Shown: piece by piece, positions 31,841-41,199 of the stretch | How the letters are laid out: every line of letters begins with the position of its first letter | Numbering within the stretch: the first letter of the stretch is position 1 | DNA from: Roseibium sp. | GTDB taxonomy: Bacteria; Pseudomonadota; Alphaproteobacteria; Rhizobiales; Stappiaceae | Assembly (NCBI RefSeq): GCF_051016195.1 | Contig: NZ_CP134616.1 | Span: 956,110-1,020,109 of the forward strand | DNA length: 64,000 nt | Direction: 5' to 3' | Program-made: the position numbers and the translations under genes | The notes under the pieces: generated by a model | The model's database searches: none | What the model saw: the letters and a program-made list of their open reading frames with translations, nothing else | Told to the model about the DNA's origin: nothing

Positions 31841-33955
31841 TCAGCAGGGTACTTCGATCCAGGGCGCTGGACGGCCGAAATGGAATCCTTGCGCGGCTTC
31901 GATGTCCAGTGTCCGCAGAAGATCGGCCTGAGCGGGCGTCTCGATATGTTTTGCGATCACCTTCATTCCCAGATTGCGCGCCGCACCGATCAGGCCGCTA
32001 AGAATTTCCGCCCGTGCGGGTTCCCGCAAGACCTGGCGCGTCAGCCCTGCCTCCAGCTTCAGCCACTCGACCCGCATGCCGGGCAGACGCGAGAGAACCG
32101 GCCAGTGACCGGCGAAGTCGTCGATCGCCGTCTGACACCCGAATTCGGAGACGAAACCGAAGAAGGATTCCACCGTCGACGGCTCTCTCAGGAAATCCTT
32201 TTCCGCGATCTCCAGGCACAGGCGCGATGCCAGCAGCGGATTGACAGACAGCCTGTTGTGCAGACTGTCGCGGAAACCCGGATCACGCGCGGATTCCGCT
32301 GAAACGTTCATCGTCAAAAGCGACCTTGTGGCGTTGCGCTCCGCCGCATCGAGCACCCTGTCGAGCGTCCAGGCATCGACCTGGGCGATAAAACCCGAGC
32401 GTTCGGCTGCTGAAATCCAGGCGCGGGAAGAAAGCCCCTTTGCCCGGTCACCCTGGAGACGCAGCAGTACCTCGTGGCCGCAGGTCTCGTTGTTCCTGAG
32501 CGACACGATCGGCATGGCATAGAGAACCAGTTCCTTGCCGCAGAAGCTCTCCGGTTCGGGCAGATCGCTCTTTTCTTCCGGTTCTGAGGTGTCTTCGCCG
32601 GCCTCTCCCCCGTAGAGTTGAACCGATCGCCCGCCCCCGCGCTTGCCGCGCAGACAGGCCGTATCGGCAAGGCCCAGCAGTGCATTTGCATCCGTGTTTT
32701 TCCGCCGCATCGCCGCATCGCAATAGGCCACCCCGACAGATCCGGAAATGGTGAACACACGATCCTTGATTTCAAGCCTTATCCTGGCAAATCCTTCCAG
32801 AACCTTTTCGGCATATTCATGCGCGGTTTCCCGGCTCGTGACCGGCAGCATCGCCGCGAATTCATCGCCGCCGATCCTTGCAACCGTTGCCAGTTCACCC
32901 AGTGTCAGCTTCAGGCAGGACGCGACCTGGAGCAGCATGTCGTCACCCGCGTCATGCCCTCCAAGATCATTGACCTTCTTGAACTCATCGAGATCGATGT
33001 AGTAGACGGCGAGCCCCGCATCTCCATCGTCGCGAATGTGTTCCAGCTCCCGCTTCAACGCCCGTGTGAAGGCGCGCCGGTTTTCCAGCCCCGTCAGCGG
33101 ATCCTCATAGGCCAGACGCTTGTTCTCCGCTATTTCAGCCGGGTTTTCGACGTTCCGCCGGACAATGGCCATGCATGCATTCCGCGACACGTTTCCCTCG
33201 AAGTCGCCCGGCAAGGCGACCAGCCTGACCTCGCAGACCCGCGCACCACCTTGCGCGGCGTCTTGTGTGAACGGCGCGGCCTCGGGAATATGCAGCGTCT
33301 GCGGAAGGGATTGCCGAGCCACTTCCAGCGTCCGCATCAACCCTTCAAGATCCTGGGCCCCATCCGTTTTTTCCAAAAGGGTCAGCGCCATGTCTTCATG
33401 GCTCTCACGGCCGTCGAAAAAAAGGATTTCGTCGGGGAAATGCGCGAGAACCCGGCTGTCGGAAACGCGCTGAACATGCGTTCCGGCAGATGCCGGCGCC
33501 GTGCGGCCCGGCACGTCCGCTGCCATCGGCCAGCGTTCCGCGATGCCGCTTTCGGTCTCGAACTGGACAAGGACCGCCTCACAGCCCTTTTGCAGAAAGA
33601 CATGGGACGTGCACATGAAATGACTGCAGAAAACGTCTCCGGATCTGACGTGCATTTCACCGCTGACCTCAGCGGGCAGGCCTCCGAAGGCAGCCTCGAG
33701 GACCCGCTCGAACCGCGCGCAGCTCTCGCCGGACAGGAACGCCTGAAACCGATCGGGAACAGACACGAGACCCCGTTTTTGGAGACTGTTTTCGAACGTC
33801 TTGTTGCAGGCCAGAATGGCCCCGTCCCTTGCGACATAGGCCGCAGCGAAGGGCAGCACTTCCAAAAGAGAAGTGTGAAAGGCAGACAGTATATTGCTCT
33901 GCGTCGGACCGGAATGATCCCTCCGGTCAGCCGCCAACCGATGGCTGATTTGCAC
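31841..33955 (-). CDS. PAS-like/GGDEF/EAL protein with a degenerate EAL domain
   Basis: DPLTGLENRR, IDLDEFKKVND..GHDAGD, RIGGDEF intact; EAL motifs read EVLLR, NVS, EIAE, DDFAGH, KLE, AKHIET. Confidence 0.9.
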   Translation of the reverse strand: MQISHRLAADRRDHSGPTQSNILSAFHTSLLEVLPFAAAYVARDGAILACNKTFENSLQKRGLVSVPDRFQAFLSGESCARFERVLEAAFGGLPAEVSGEMHVRSGDVFCSHFMCTSHVFLQKGCEAVLVQFETESGIAERWPMAADVPGRTAPASAGTHVQRVSDSRVLAHFPDEILFFDGRESHEDMALTLLEKTDGAQDLEGLMRTLEVARQSLPQTLHIPEAAPFTQDAAQGGARVCEVRLVALPGDFEGNVSRNACMAIVRRNVENPAEIAENKRLAYEDPLTGLENRRAFTRALKRELEHIRDDGDAGLAVYYIDLDEFKKVNDLGGHDAGDDMLLQVASCLKLTLGELATVARIGGDEFAAMLPVTSRETAHEYAEKVLEGFARIRLEIKDRVFTISGSVGVAYCDAAMRRKNTDANALLGLADTACLRGKRGGGRSVQLYGGEAGEDTSEPEEKSDLPEPESFCGKELVLYAMPIVSLRNNETCGHEVLLRLQGDRAKGLSSRAWISAAERSGFIAQVDAWTLDRVLDAAERNATRSLLTMNVSAESARDPGFRDSLHNRLSVNPLLASRLCLEIAEKDFLREPSTVESFFGFVSEFGCQTAIDDFAGHWPVLSRLPGMRVEWLKLEAGLTRQVLREPARAEILSGLIGAARNLGMKVIAKHIETPAQADLLRTLDIEAAQGFHFGRPAPWIEVPC

Positions 33956-34088
33956 CAGACAACCCTTTCGACAAAGTCTTCTTTATTGACGCCTTTTGAA
34001 ATACTCGTGCGTCACCCCTGAAAATTATTACCACAGTTTAACCGTTTAATTTGGCTAAGCAAAACAACTCACAGATCTTAAAAATTTT

Positions 34089-34293
34089 ATGGTTAATATT
34101 AATTTTACTAATAATTTTCAAATTTATTTCAAATTTATATTTCTCTCTACTCATATTATCCTAAATTGCTGAATTTGCCTTATTTTGATCACTGCTTTGA
34201 CGTAGAGGAACGCGCCGTCGGGCCGAAAACCCAAATTTCCAATCCGTAAAAAAATATTGGCGGCGACAGGGTGAGGTTTGCCATGTTAACCAT
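34089..34293. promoter_or_regulatory. AT-rich divergent promoter with CtrA-type TTAACCAT 8-mers
   Basis: ATGGTTAA at 34089-34096, TTAACCAT at 34286-34293, TTAACC at 34038-34043. Confidence 0.45.
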
Positions 34294-34699
34294 TTCTGCA
34301 CGGGTTTTACGCCCGTTCGTTGCGGTGTGCGTTGTCTCTCCGCTCATGTTTTTTCCCGCCTCCGCGCAGGCAAAAGACGCCTTTCAGCAATGCGGAAAAG
34401 CCTCCTGGTACAAACTGGGCGGAACCACGGCCAGCGGAGAACGCGCCAACCCGCAGGGTCTGACAGCCGCACACAGGACGCTGCCGTTTGGCACCCTTGT
34501 TGACGTCACCAACCTTTCAAACGGCAAGACAGTGACAGTTCGCATCAACGACCGTGGCCCGTTTGCTAAAGGCCGCGTGATTGACGTGACCCTGGCAGCC
34601 GCCAGGCAGCTCGGTTTCGTTCAAAAGGGCATTACCAAGGTGCGCGTCACCAACGCCGATGCACCGAATAGCGCGGTTCATAAGCAGAAATGCCAGTAG
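34283..34699 (+). CDS. rlpA: Short RlpA-family lytic transglycosylase (DPBB only, no SPOR domain)
   Basis: [45 protein letters not shown]. Confidence 0.92.
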   Translation: MLTISARVLRPFVAVCVVSPLMFFPASAQAKDAFQQCGKASWYKLGGTTASGERANPQGLTAAHRTLPFGTLVDVTNLSNGKTVTVRINDRGPFAKGRVIDVTLAAARQLGFVQKGITKVRVTNADAPNSAVHKQKCQ

Positions 34700-34874
34700 G
34701 CGGTTCTGAAAACCTGATTTCAGCGGGCTTTGGAAGGCGGCGGATTTGACTGCGAACGCGCTTCAGTGATCTGGAAACGCTCGTGTTTCGACCGATGCCG
34801 GAACATCGATACCTGACTCAGTATGAATAACGATCAGTCGCATTAGAGTGAATCAAAAAATAAAATATTTTACG

Positions 34875-34906
34875 GTAATGACATTACATTGAGATGTCGC
34901 TAGAGT
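34875..34906 (+). promoter_or_regulatory. Orphan sigma70-type promoter with an overlapping palindrome
   Basis: ATGACA (34878-34883), 17-nt spacer, TAGAGT (34901-34906); GTAATG-A-CATTAC palindrome at 34875-34887. Confidence 0.55.
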
Positions 34907-34912
34907 TGCCGC

Positions 34913-34978
34913 CGTGGTCGATGGGGCCACGTGCACAGTAACTTTATTCGCGCAGTCTCACGGCTGCGCGTTTTTTTT
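34913..34978 (+). ncRNA. Candidate ~66-nt small RNA
   Basis: 5' hairpin CGTGGTC-GATGG-GGCCACG, unpaired linker, terminator CGCGCAGTC-TCAC-GGCTGCGCG-T8; promoter directly upstream; no convincing ORF. Confidence 0.55.
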
Positions 34979-35047
34979 GTCCGGCGTTCTTATCGGCTGT
35001 TCAATCAGCGTCTCACCGACTTGCCGAACGACAACCATCCGGCTCCG

Positions 35048-36604
35048 TCATACGCTCTCGTTCCGGTCCAGCCGCTCCAGGAAGTTTGCAGCGCTCTCCA
35101 GATATTCCGCCTGTTTTTCCGGTGCCATCCGGTTCCAGGTGGCATAGGGCTGCCCCAATCGGGGGTTCCCCTTCAGGACATCCCGGTTCCGCTCAAGGAA
35201 CGCCCAGTACAGCGCGTTGAAGGGACAAGCGGCCTTGCCCGTCTTCAGACGGACATCGTAGGAACAGTCTCCGCAATAATCCGACATCTTGTTGATGTAA
35301 TTGCCGCTGGAGACGTACGGCTTGGATGCCAGCAGTCCTCCATCGGCGAACTGGCTCATGCCGATCGTGTTCGGAAGCTCGACCCACTCATAGGCATCCG
35401 CATATACGGCGAGGTACCATTCGTGCACCTCGTGCGGATCCACTCCTGCCAGCAGCGCAAAGTTGCCCGTGATCATCAGCCGCTGAATATGGTGCGCATA
35501 GGCCTCCTCGATTGTCTGGCCGACCGCCTCGGCCAGGCAGCGCATGCCTGTTTCGCCGGTCCAGTAGAAACCGGGCAGCGATCGTGACGCGCCGAACGCG
35601 TTGGAGCCGGCATAGTCCGGCATCTTCAGCCAGTAGATGCCGCGCACATATTCCCGCCAGCCGAGGATCTGGCGGATATAGCCCTCAGCCGCATTCAGGG
35701 GGGCGTTTCCCTTCTCGTACGCTGCCTCAACCTTCCGGCAGAGATCGAGCGGATCCAGCAGACCGGCATTGAGATATGCGGAAATGACCGAGTGATAGAG
35801 AAACTTTTCCCCGGTCAGCATGGCGTCCTGATAGGTCCCGAAACCGGCGAGCGCTTCCTTTAAAAAGAGGTCAAAGGCGGCCTCTGCGTCACGCCGGGTG
35901 ACCGCGAACCAGAACGGTTCGAGCGTGCCGACGTGATCACCGAAACGCGCCCCGACAAGGTCCAGAACCTCCCGGGTGATCTCATCCGGGGAACACCGGG
36001 CCGGCTGCGGCATGAAGAGATCCGTGCGAGCCGGCTTGCGGTTGTCGGCGTCATAGTTCCATTTGCCGCCGGCCGGCTTGCCGTTTTCCATCAGGAGATC
36101 GGTCTTCAGACGCATCTCGCGGTAGAAATGTTCCATCCGCAATTGTTTGCGGTCCGCTGCCCAGGCCCTGAAGCCCGCCCCGGAGATGATGAACCGCGTG
36201 TCCTCGCGCAGCTCGACCGGGACACCTGTCAGCTCCTGCCAGGAGCTGATATCCGCGCGCACCCGCCATTCGCCCGGTTCGGTGACGATAAGCGTTTCAG
36301 GCGCCAGCGCCGCACAGGCCCGCGCAACCTCGCCGCGGAAACTTCCCGTATTCGCATCATCATCCAGCTTGACATAATCGACCTGCCAGCCGTCTTCCCG
36401 CAGCTCCCGTGCAAAATGGCGCATGGCCGAGAGCACGAAGGCGATCTTCTTTTTGTGGTGCCGGACATAGGTCGTTTCCTCCTGCACTTCGACCATCATC
36501 ACGCGGTCCCGCTCCCTGTCTGCGCCGAGGAGGCTCGAAATGGCGGGGGTCAGCTGATCGCCCAGGATCAGGATGAGATGTCGGCAGCCGGTCTTTGTCG
36601 TCAT
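35048..36604 (-). CDS. Cryptochrome/photolyase family, FeS-BCP (PhrB/CryB-like (6-4) photolyase)
   Basis: LILGDQL, HHKKKI....AMRHFA, MEHFYR.MR, GGKWNYD.DNR, QILGWREYVRG, AHHIQRLM; four Cys (MRC, DYC, GDC, ACPFN). Confidence 0.92.
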   Translation of the reverse strand: MTTKTGCRHLILILGDQLTPAISSLLGADRERDRVMMVEVQEETTYVRHHKKKIAFVLSAMRHFARELREDGWQVDYVKLDDDANTGSFRGEVARACAALAPETLIVTEPGEWRVRADISSWQELTGVPVELREDTRFIISGAGFRAWAADRKQLRMEHFYREMRLKTDLLMENGKPAGGKWNYDADNRKPARTDLFMPQPARCSPDEITREVLDLVGARFGDHVGTLEPFWFAVTRRDAEAAFDLFLKEALAGFGTYQDAMLTGEKFLYHSVISAYLNAGLLDPLDLCRKVEAAYEKGNAPLNAAEGYIRQILGWREYVRGIYWLKMPDYAGSNAFGASRSLPGFYWTGETGMRCLAEAVGQTIEEAYAHHIQRLMITGNFALLAGVDPHEVHEWYLAVYADAYEWVELPNTIGMSQFADGGLLASKPYVSSGNYINKMSDYCGDCSYDVRLKTGKAACPFNALYWAFLERNRDVLKGNPRLGQPYATWNRMAPEKQAEYLESAANFLERLDRNESV

Positions 36605-36779
36605 GTGTGCTCGGTATCTGAAAGGATCGTGCTTCCTATACGCACCGGCGCGCCGTTCCTATCACCCGCCGCGCTGCCCGAGATGCATTTTCAGCTCACG
36701 CCTGCGCAAACCTCCGGGCGGCCGCCGACCCGAACCGCCCTGCGGCACATGAATACTTGTCGGAATTTCCAAAAACCCG

Positions 36780-36808
36780 TTGCCCGCACGAGCCGGATCT
36801 AGTATCAG
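36780..36808 (+). promoter_or_regulatory. Sigma70-type promoter of tRNA-Arg
   Basis: TTGCCC, 17-nt spacer, TATCAG, 40 bp before the tRNA. Confidence 0.5.
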
Positions 36809-36848
36809 AGCGCTCTATCCATCGCGCATTGCTCTCTTGCGCCGATAC

Positions 36849-36925
<77 letters not shown>

Positions 36926-36929
36926 AAAA

Positions 36930-36993
36930 AATCAACATCTTAGAAGATTTTCTGGTTTGCGGTTATTGAAAAAGTAACCACATAGTAACCACA
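36930..36993. mobile_element. att-like boundary (IHF site plus integrase arm-type repeats) of a tRNA-integrated island
   Basis: AATCAA-CATC-TTA (36930-36942); AGTAACCACA tandem at 36973-36982 and 36984-36993; inverted TGCGGTTATT at 36958-36967. Confidence 0.55.
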
Positions 36994-37185
36994 CATAAGT
37001 GCTGCCAGCTATCGCGCACTCACCTTTGGTCTGGGCGACCATCCGAATCTCTACGCTGCACTCAAATCAAGGCAAGTCAAGAAGGCGAGGCAGCGTGTCA
37101 GATAGAAATGACTTTGTCTGACCTCAAACAAAAGCTCTTCTGATTAGCTATTTCAAAGCAACGCTAACCCCGTCGTGCATTGAGG

Positions 37186-39282
37186 TCATATACCTTCCTG
37201 AAGTCCGTGGGCTCGGCGAACGATTTTCATTGTTCGATCAATGTCAGCTTCGTTGCTCCACTTGATCACAATACCCCCGTTGTGTGTGGCATTCGTTATA
37301 AATGTGTAGACAGAAGTATCTTGGGCAAAGCCGTCGTCGTCATCAATTTCATTGAAGTCTAATGCAATGAGCAAACTAAGGCTGCGCCTCCTAGGGATCA
37401 CTTCCAGAAAGAAGCCGGGATCATGGTAAGTAACGGACTTGGTTTCGGGCATCTCAATCGCATCTGGAAATGCGGATCTCATCTCTGCGCGCAAAACCGT
37501 GAATAGCGCAGATGCCTGCTCCGTCATCGATACTTTTTCCAGCTTGCGCTTCGCCGCCCTTGCTTTCTTTTCGTGGAACTCTTGTTGGCGCACGAGCTTT
37601 GGATCCACATCAAGGGATGGCCAGATCTGAATGGCACGCCGCGCTAGTCGTCGGCCACGATTTGAAATCTCATTCTCGGTCCATTGCGTCGCATCGCGGA
37701 CGTCTTGATTCAATCTAACGGAACTCTGCACGAAACCGCCCCCTATGCGCTTTTTCTCCTCAAAAGGGCGATCGCTGTACGTGCTGTTATATCCGGTCAG
37801 AGTTAGATTTCCGATCCGATGTAGCCAGGTCTGCTTAATACCCACCCAATCTGCTCCAAGCATATTGCGCCACTCCTCGCGAAGGTTCTCGTTTTGCGGC
37901 AAAATGTGCTCAATACTGTACTTGCTCGTATCGCTATTCTCTCTGCTGTCCCGGTTTTCAAGCCCATCGAGCAAATGGAAACATACGCGTTTATGATACA
38001 TGTCGCTTTCTAGCAGAGATTTCTCAAACGTATCATCGTCGGGAAATGCGTAACTGGCGGAAGTACGGGCCAGTGCCACTTTTAATGATGCTAACGGATT
38101 CTGTTCTGCGATTTTGTACGCAATTCTGGCAAATTCCAGACCGTAGCCGCGCGTTTGCGCCCCAACAATAGCACGCCGCAGCAGATAGCTTTCGAGGAGG
38201 CGAAGTGCCTCAAGGAAATCAGAATAGCTGAGCGTTCTTAAATTCTCATAAGTCTCGTAGAGCCGCATAACCAGTATAGCAGGTATGTCTCCAAGCTGAC
38301 GCAAGTTGGCGAGGGCCCGTCCGAGTTCGTCGGGGCTACTGCGTACGGCGAACGCCGCGTAATATCTGGCTCGTTGAAGCAGGTCTTCGAGAAGCGCTTC
38401 CAAAGCATCAGGATCGTCACCGATGCGAAAATAGTAGTGCCGGAACGCTACATACACCCTGTCAGCTCTCTCCAGTTTTGACGGCTGTGTATTTAGCGCC
38501 AAAAAATCTCGAATGAAGTTGTCGAATATACGTTCGCTCCCTCGAAACAATGCTTCTATCTTGCACCAATACGTATTGTAGAGGCGCGTCTGGTCAGCCT
38601 CGGCAAGTCGCATGAGGATAAAGGTTCGGATCAGGTCCGAAGAACTCAGATCTACACCGGTTGAATTCAGGCTTTCGAAAATGAGCTGCGGGTCATCGAC
38701 ACCACGTTCAAGCGTCACATCAACGACTATTAGTCTGTTGAGGCCCCGATAAACGATTTCGGGATCTGCCTCTGACAAAAGCTCCCGGAATAGCTCATAG
38801 TTTTCCTGTATCTTTTGCGAAGCGTCGCGAGGCAGCTCTTCTCCATTGATCAATGCCTGCAGGGTTGCATCGTCATGACGTCGCAGTCTCAGCTTAATTT
38901 CTCGATCGCCTTCCTCTTGGACATTGCGGAGGAAATACGCCTCTATCCGCTTTATTTTCGGGCCGTCTTCCGTGCCTTGCCAAGCGGTTTCTCGAATGTG
39001 ATCACGAAGTGCAGTTAAAAGGAGCGTTATTGTTGTGACACGTTGTTGGCCATCGATAAGGAGCCAACGAGTAAAACCTGCCGCACTGTCACCTGTTGCC
39101 ACATGCACGACGGAACCAATGAAATGCCCGCGTCCATTGGCGCTTGCTCCAACCGCAAGTATGTCCTTCCAAATTTGACGGCAGTTTTCTTCAGACCAGC
39201 TGTAGTCGCGTTGAAATACCGGAATGATGAATTGCGAAGCGCCGTTAATGATCTTTGGGTGTGGACGGTCGATCGCTTTCAT
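37186..39282 (-). CDS. GmrSD-type (DUF262 + DUF1524/HNH) restriction endonuclease with an extra C-terminal domain
   Basis: IPVFQRDYSW, IDGQQRVTT, FESLNSTG (DUF262); SIEHILPQ...HRIGNLTL..YNS (HNH); visibly more AT-rich than the flanks. Confidence 0.9.
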   Translation of the reverse strand: MKAIDRPHPKIINGASQFIIPVFQRDYSWSEENCRQIWKDILAVGASANGRGHFIGSVVHVATGDSAAGFTRWLLIDGQQRVTTITLLLTALRDHIRETAWQGTEDGPKIKRIEAYFLRNVQEEGDREIKLRLRRHDDATLQALINGEELPRDASQKIQENYELFRELLSEADPEIVYRGLNRLIVVDVTLERGVDDPQLIFESLNSTGVDLSSSDLIRTFILMRLAEADQTRLYNTYWCKIEALFRGSERIFDNFIRDFLALNTQPSKLERADRVYVAFRHYYFRIGDDPDALEALLEDLLQRARYYAAFAVRSSPDELGRALANLRQLGDIPAILVMRLYETYENLRTLSYSDFLEALRLLESYLLRRAIVGAQTRGYGLEFARIAYKIAEQNPLASLKVALARTSASYAFPDDDTFEKSLLESDMYHKRVCFHLLDGLENRDSRENSDTSKYSIEHILPQNENLREEWRNMLGADWVGIKQTWLHRIGNLTLTGYNSTYSDRPFEEKKRIGGGFVQSSVRLNQDVRDATQWTENEISNRGRRLARRAIQIWPSLDVDPKLVRQQEFHEKKARAAKRKLEKVSMTEQASALFTVLRAEMRSAFPDAIEMPETKSVTYHDPGFFLEVIPRRRSLSLLIALDFNEIDDDDGFAQDTSVYTFITNATHNGGIVIKWSNEADIDRTMKIVRRAHGLQEGI

Positions 39283-39378
39283 CTTATATCCCAGAATCGG
39301 TGTGAATATTCAGTGATAAAATACTTCTGCTAAGAAGGGTAACATTTTTCAATTCAGGATTGTAGATATGTTGATTTA

Positions 39379-40222
39379 TTATTTTTTTTCTGATTGACAA
39401 CGTCTTTCCAACGCTTCGACTACCGATGGATCGGCTATCCACCCCTCGGCCGCGTCCACCGTCAGCGGAACCCCAAAGCCTTTGTCACGCCGTTGCCAAG
39501 CCCATGCAGCTTGCACGGCGCAGAGTAAGGCGTCGAGGTGATCAGCGCCTGGATCATCACATAAGTCCTTACTGGCCTCGATCGCAAAACCATAGCAATG
39601 AGGGCTCTGCATCTGGAGGGTTTCGAGAATTGCGAGACGAGCTTCAAAATGATCGCTGGTCTGTTTTTTCTTGGTATCGTTCTTATAGCTGCGGCACCCG
39701 ATTAAGGTTCGAGCGATTATGCCGGGATAGGCTTCCACCACGATCCTGTTCGGATCCCCTTTGTGAAGATGTGGGATCGTGACGCCGGCATCCAATAAGC
39801 GACCAGCGCCTTCAAAGAACATTAGACCCACAGGCACGCCATAGAGCTTCTGCGGGCTAATCGAGCCTGCGGCTACGTCAGTTGCTCTACGGTGCTCTTT
39901 ATCGCCTGTCTGACGGCCGGCGCGGTAGGCGTCCAGCGCGGCACGAAAGCCACTACGCTCAAGGCTTCTGGCATGATGGACATAATCCGCCCAAGCAGTG
40001 GGCAGCCAATCGTTTCGATGAAACGGCGGGATTGCCCAAACGGAAAGTCAATGCCAGCAATCCGTGGACCCGGTTGCGCGAGGGCGTTCTCGAAATCAGA
40101 AAAGTTCGCCCATTCTTCAAGTTTCTGCGTACGCAATATTCGGTCGTCGAAACAGCACGTTAATGCGGTGATCGGCTTGCGCTTGCTAGGGCGCCGGTGA
40201 AGTCTATGCCGATAATCTTCAC
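39379..40222 (-). pseudogene. DUF429-family (RNase H-like nuclease) gene with two apparent 1-nt deletions
   Basis: GTG start KIIGIDFT, shift near 40190 to PSKRKPIT...IAGIDFPFG, shift near 40003 to PTAWADYV...KLYGVPVGLMFFEGA...VVEAYPG...DHLDALLCAVQAAW. Confidence 0.75.
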
Positions 40223-40270
40223 GAATTGGACACTCCGGCCTTCATTGAGAACACGACGGTCCTCGGTTCG

Positions 40271-40626
40271 CTAGTTCCTCAGGTAGGTCACCTCGAATTG
40301 CTTGATTGGTCGCTGTTCCTGGAGCCGGTTTGCAAGGCTGAAAGCATCGTTCATCGAATAGGGCTGGAAAATATCGAGCCCACGGTCGAGTGAGATCTTC
40401 CAGCCTGTGTCGGTCACGATGTGCCGCGCGTGGGATATTCCGGTCCCATCGAAAGCCCAGGTAAACTCTACGCCAGATCCCTCGCACGCTGTCACGATTG
40501 CATCCAGATTGTCCCGCTGCTTGGTAACGTTACCGTCGTCTGGACAAATCACCAAGTGAACCTTCACCTCGTCCTCAGGCGTTTTGACGCGGACCATGTT
40601 TTGATCAATTCCATCATGTTCCGTAC
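40271..40626 (-). pseudogene. C-terminal (MIT_C-like) remnant of a BREX BrxL-like gene
   Basis: EDEVKVHLV, HARHIVTDTGWKISLDRGLDIFQ, FEVTYL; upstream VRNMMELIKT lies in another frame (shift near 40600); no N-terminal part or start codon. Confidence 0.7.
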
Positions 40627-40641
40627 CCGTCGCCAACCCCT

Positions 40642-41169
40642 TCACCGCAAAAACTGGTCGACGTAATCCTCGCCAAGACCAACGTCGGCGTAGTGCTGGC
40701 GGCACATGTCGATCTTGGTGAAGACGTCCTCGTAGCCGAGCGGTTTGCCGTAGGGGTCGACGTAATACATGATGCCGTTGACCTGAAAGAGGGTGATCAT
40801 CTCCTCGACATCGTCCGGCACGACGAGCGTGTGCGTCTCGCCCGGGGGCTCGTAGACATAGCCACCGGCCTCGGCGACCCAGTCATGTTCCAGGTAGTGC
40901 CAGCGCCCCTTGATGACATAGCCATGCACGGGGTTGGGGTGGCGGTGGCGCGACAGGACGCCGGACTTGCGTACCCGCAAGAGATTGACCCAGTAACCCT
41001 GGCTCCGGTTGAGGCAGAGCGGGCGGAACCAGACGTTTTCCGTCTGGGGCACCCAGACGCGCTCGTCTTCCGGGATCGCCGACGGCACCACGATCTCCGC
41101 CTGGGCGTCCTTCGGAAACGGCAGCTGATACGGGATCCGCGGGTTCTCGTCTATTGCGTCTAGGGGCAT
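40642..41169 (-). CDS. Cupin dioxygenase (2,4'-dihydroxyacetophenone dioxygenase family)
   Basis: WVPQTENVWFRPL, HRHPNPVHGYVIKGRWHYLEHDW, YEPPGETHTL. Confidence 0.85.
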   Translation of the reverse strand: MPLDAIDENPRIPYQLPFPKDAQAEIVVPSAIPEDERVWVPQTENVWFRPLCLNRSQGYWVNLLRVRKSGVLSRHRHPNPVHGYVIKGRWHYLEHDWVAEAGGYVYEPPGETHTLVVPDDVEEMITLFQVNGIMYYVDPYGKPLGYEDVFTKIDMCRQHYADVGLGEDYVDQFLR

Positions 41170-41199
41170 CTATGCTCCACTCCTCTTTCCCTGTTCCTG

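Noticed and set aside
34020-34120. Full CtrA box TTAA-N7-TTAA
   Set aside because: The TTAA half-sites I checked are not 7 nt apart; only half-site 8-mers are reported
40271-40705. Track ORF read as an intact 144-aa gene
   Set aside because: Its first ~25 codons overlap the cupin gene end and look non-coding; homology starts in another frame at about 40626
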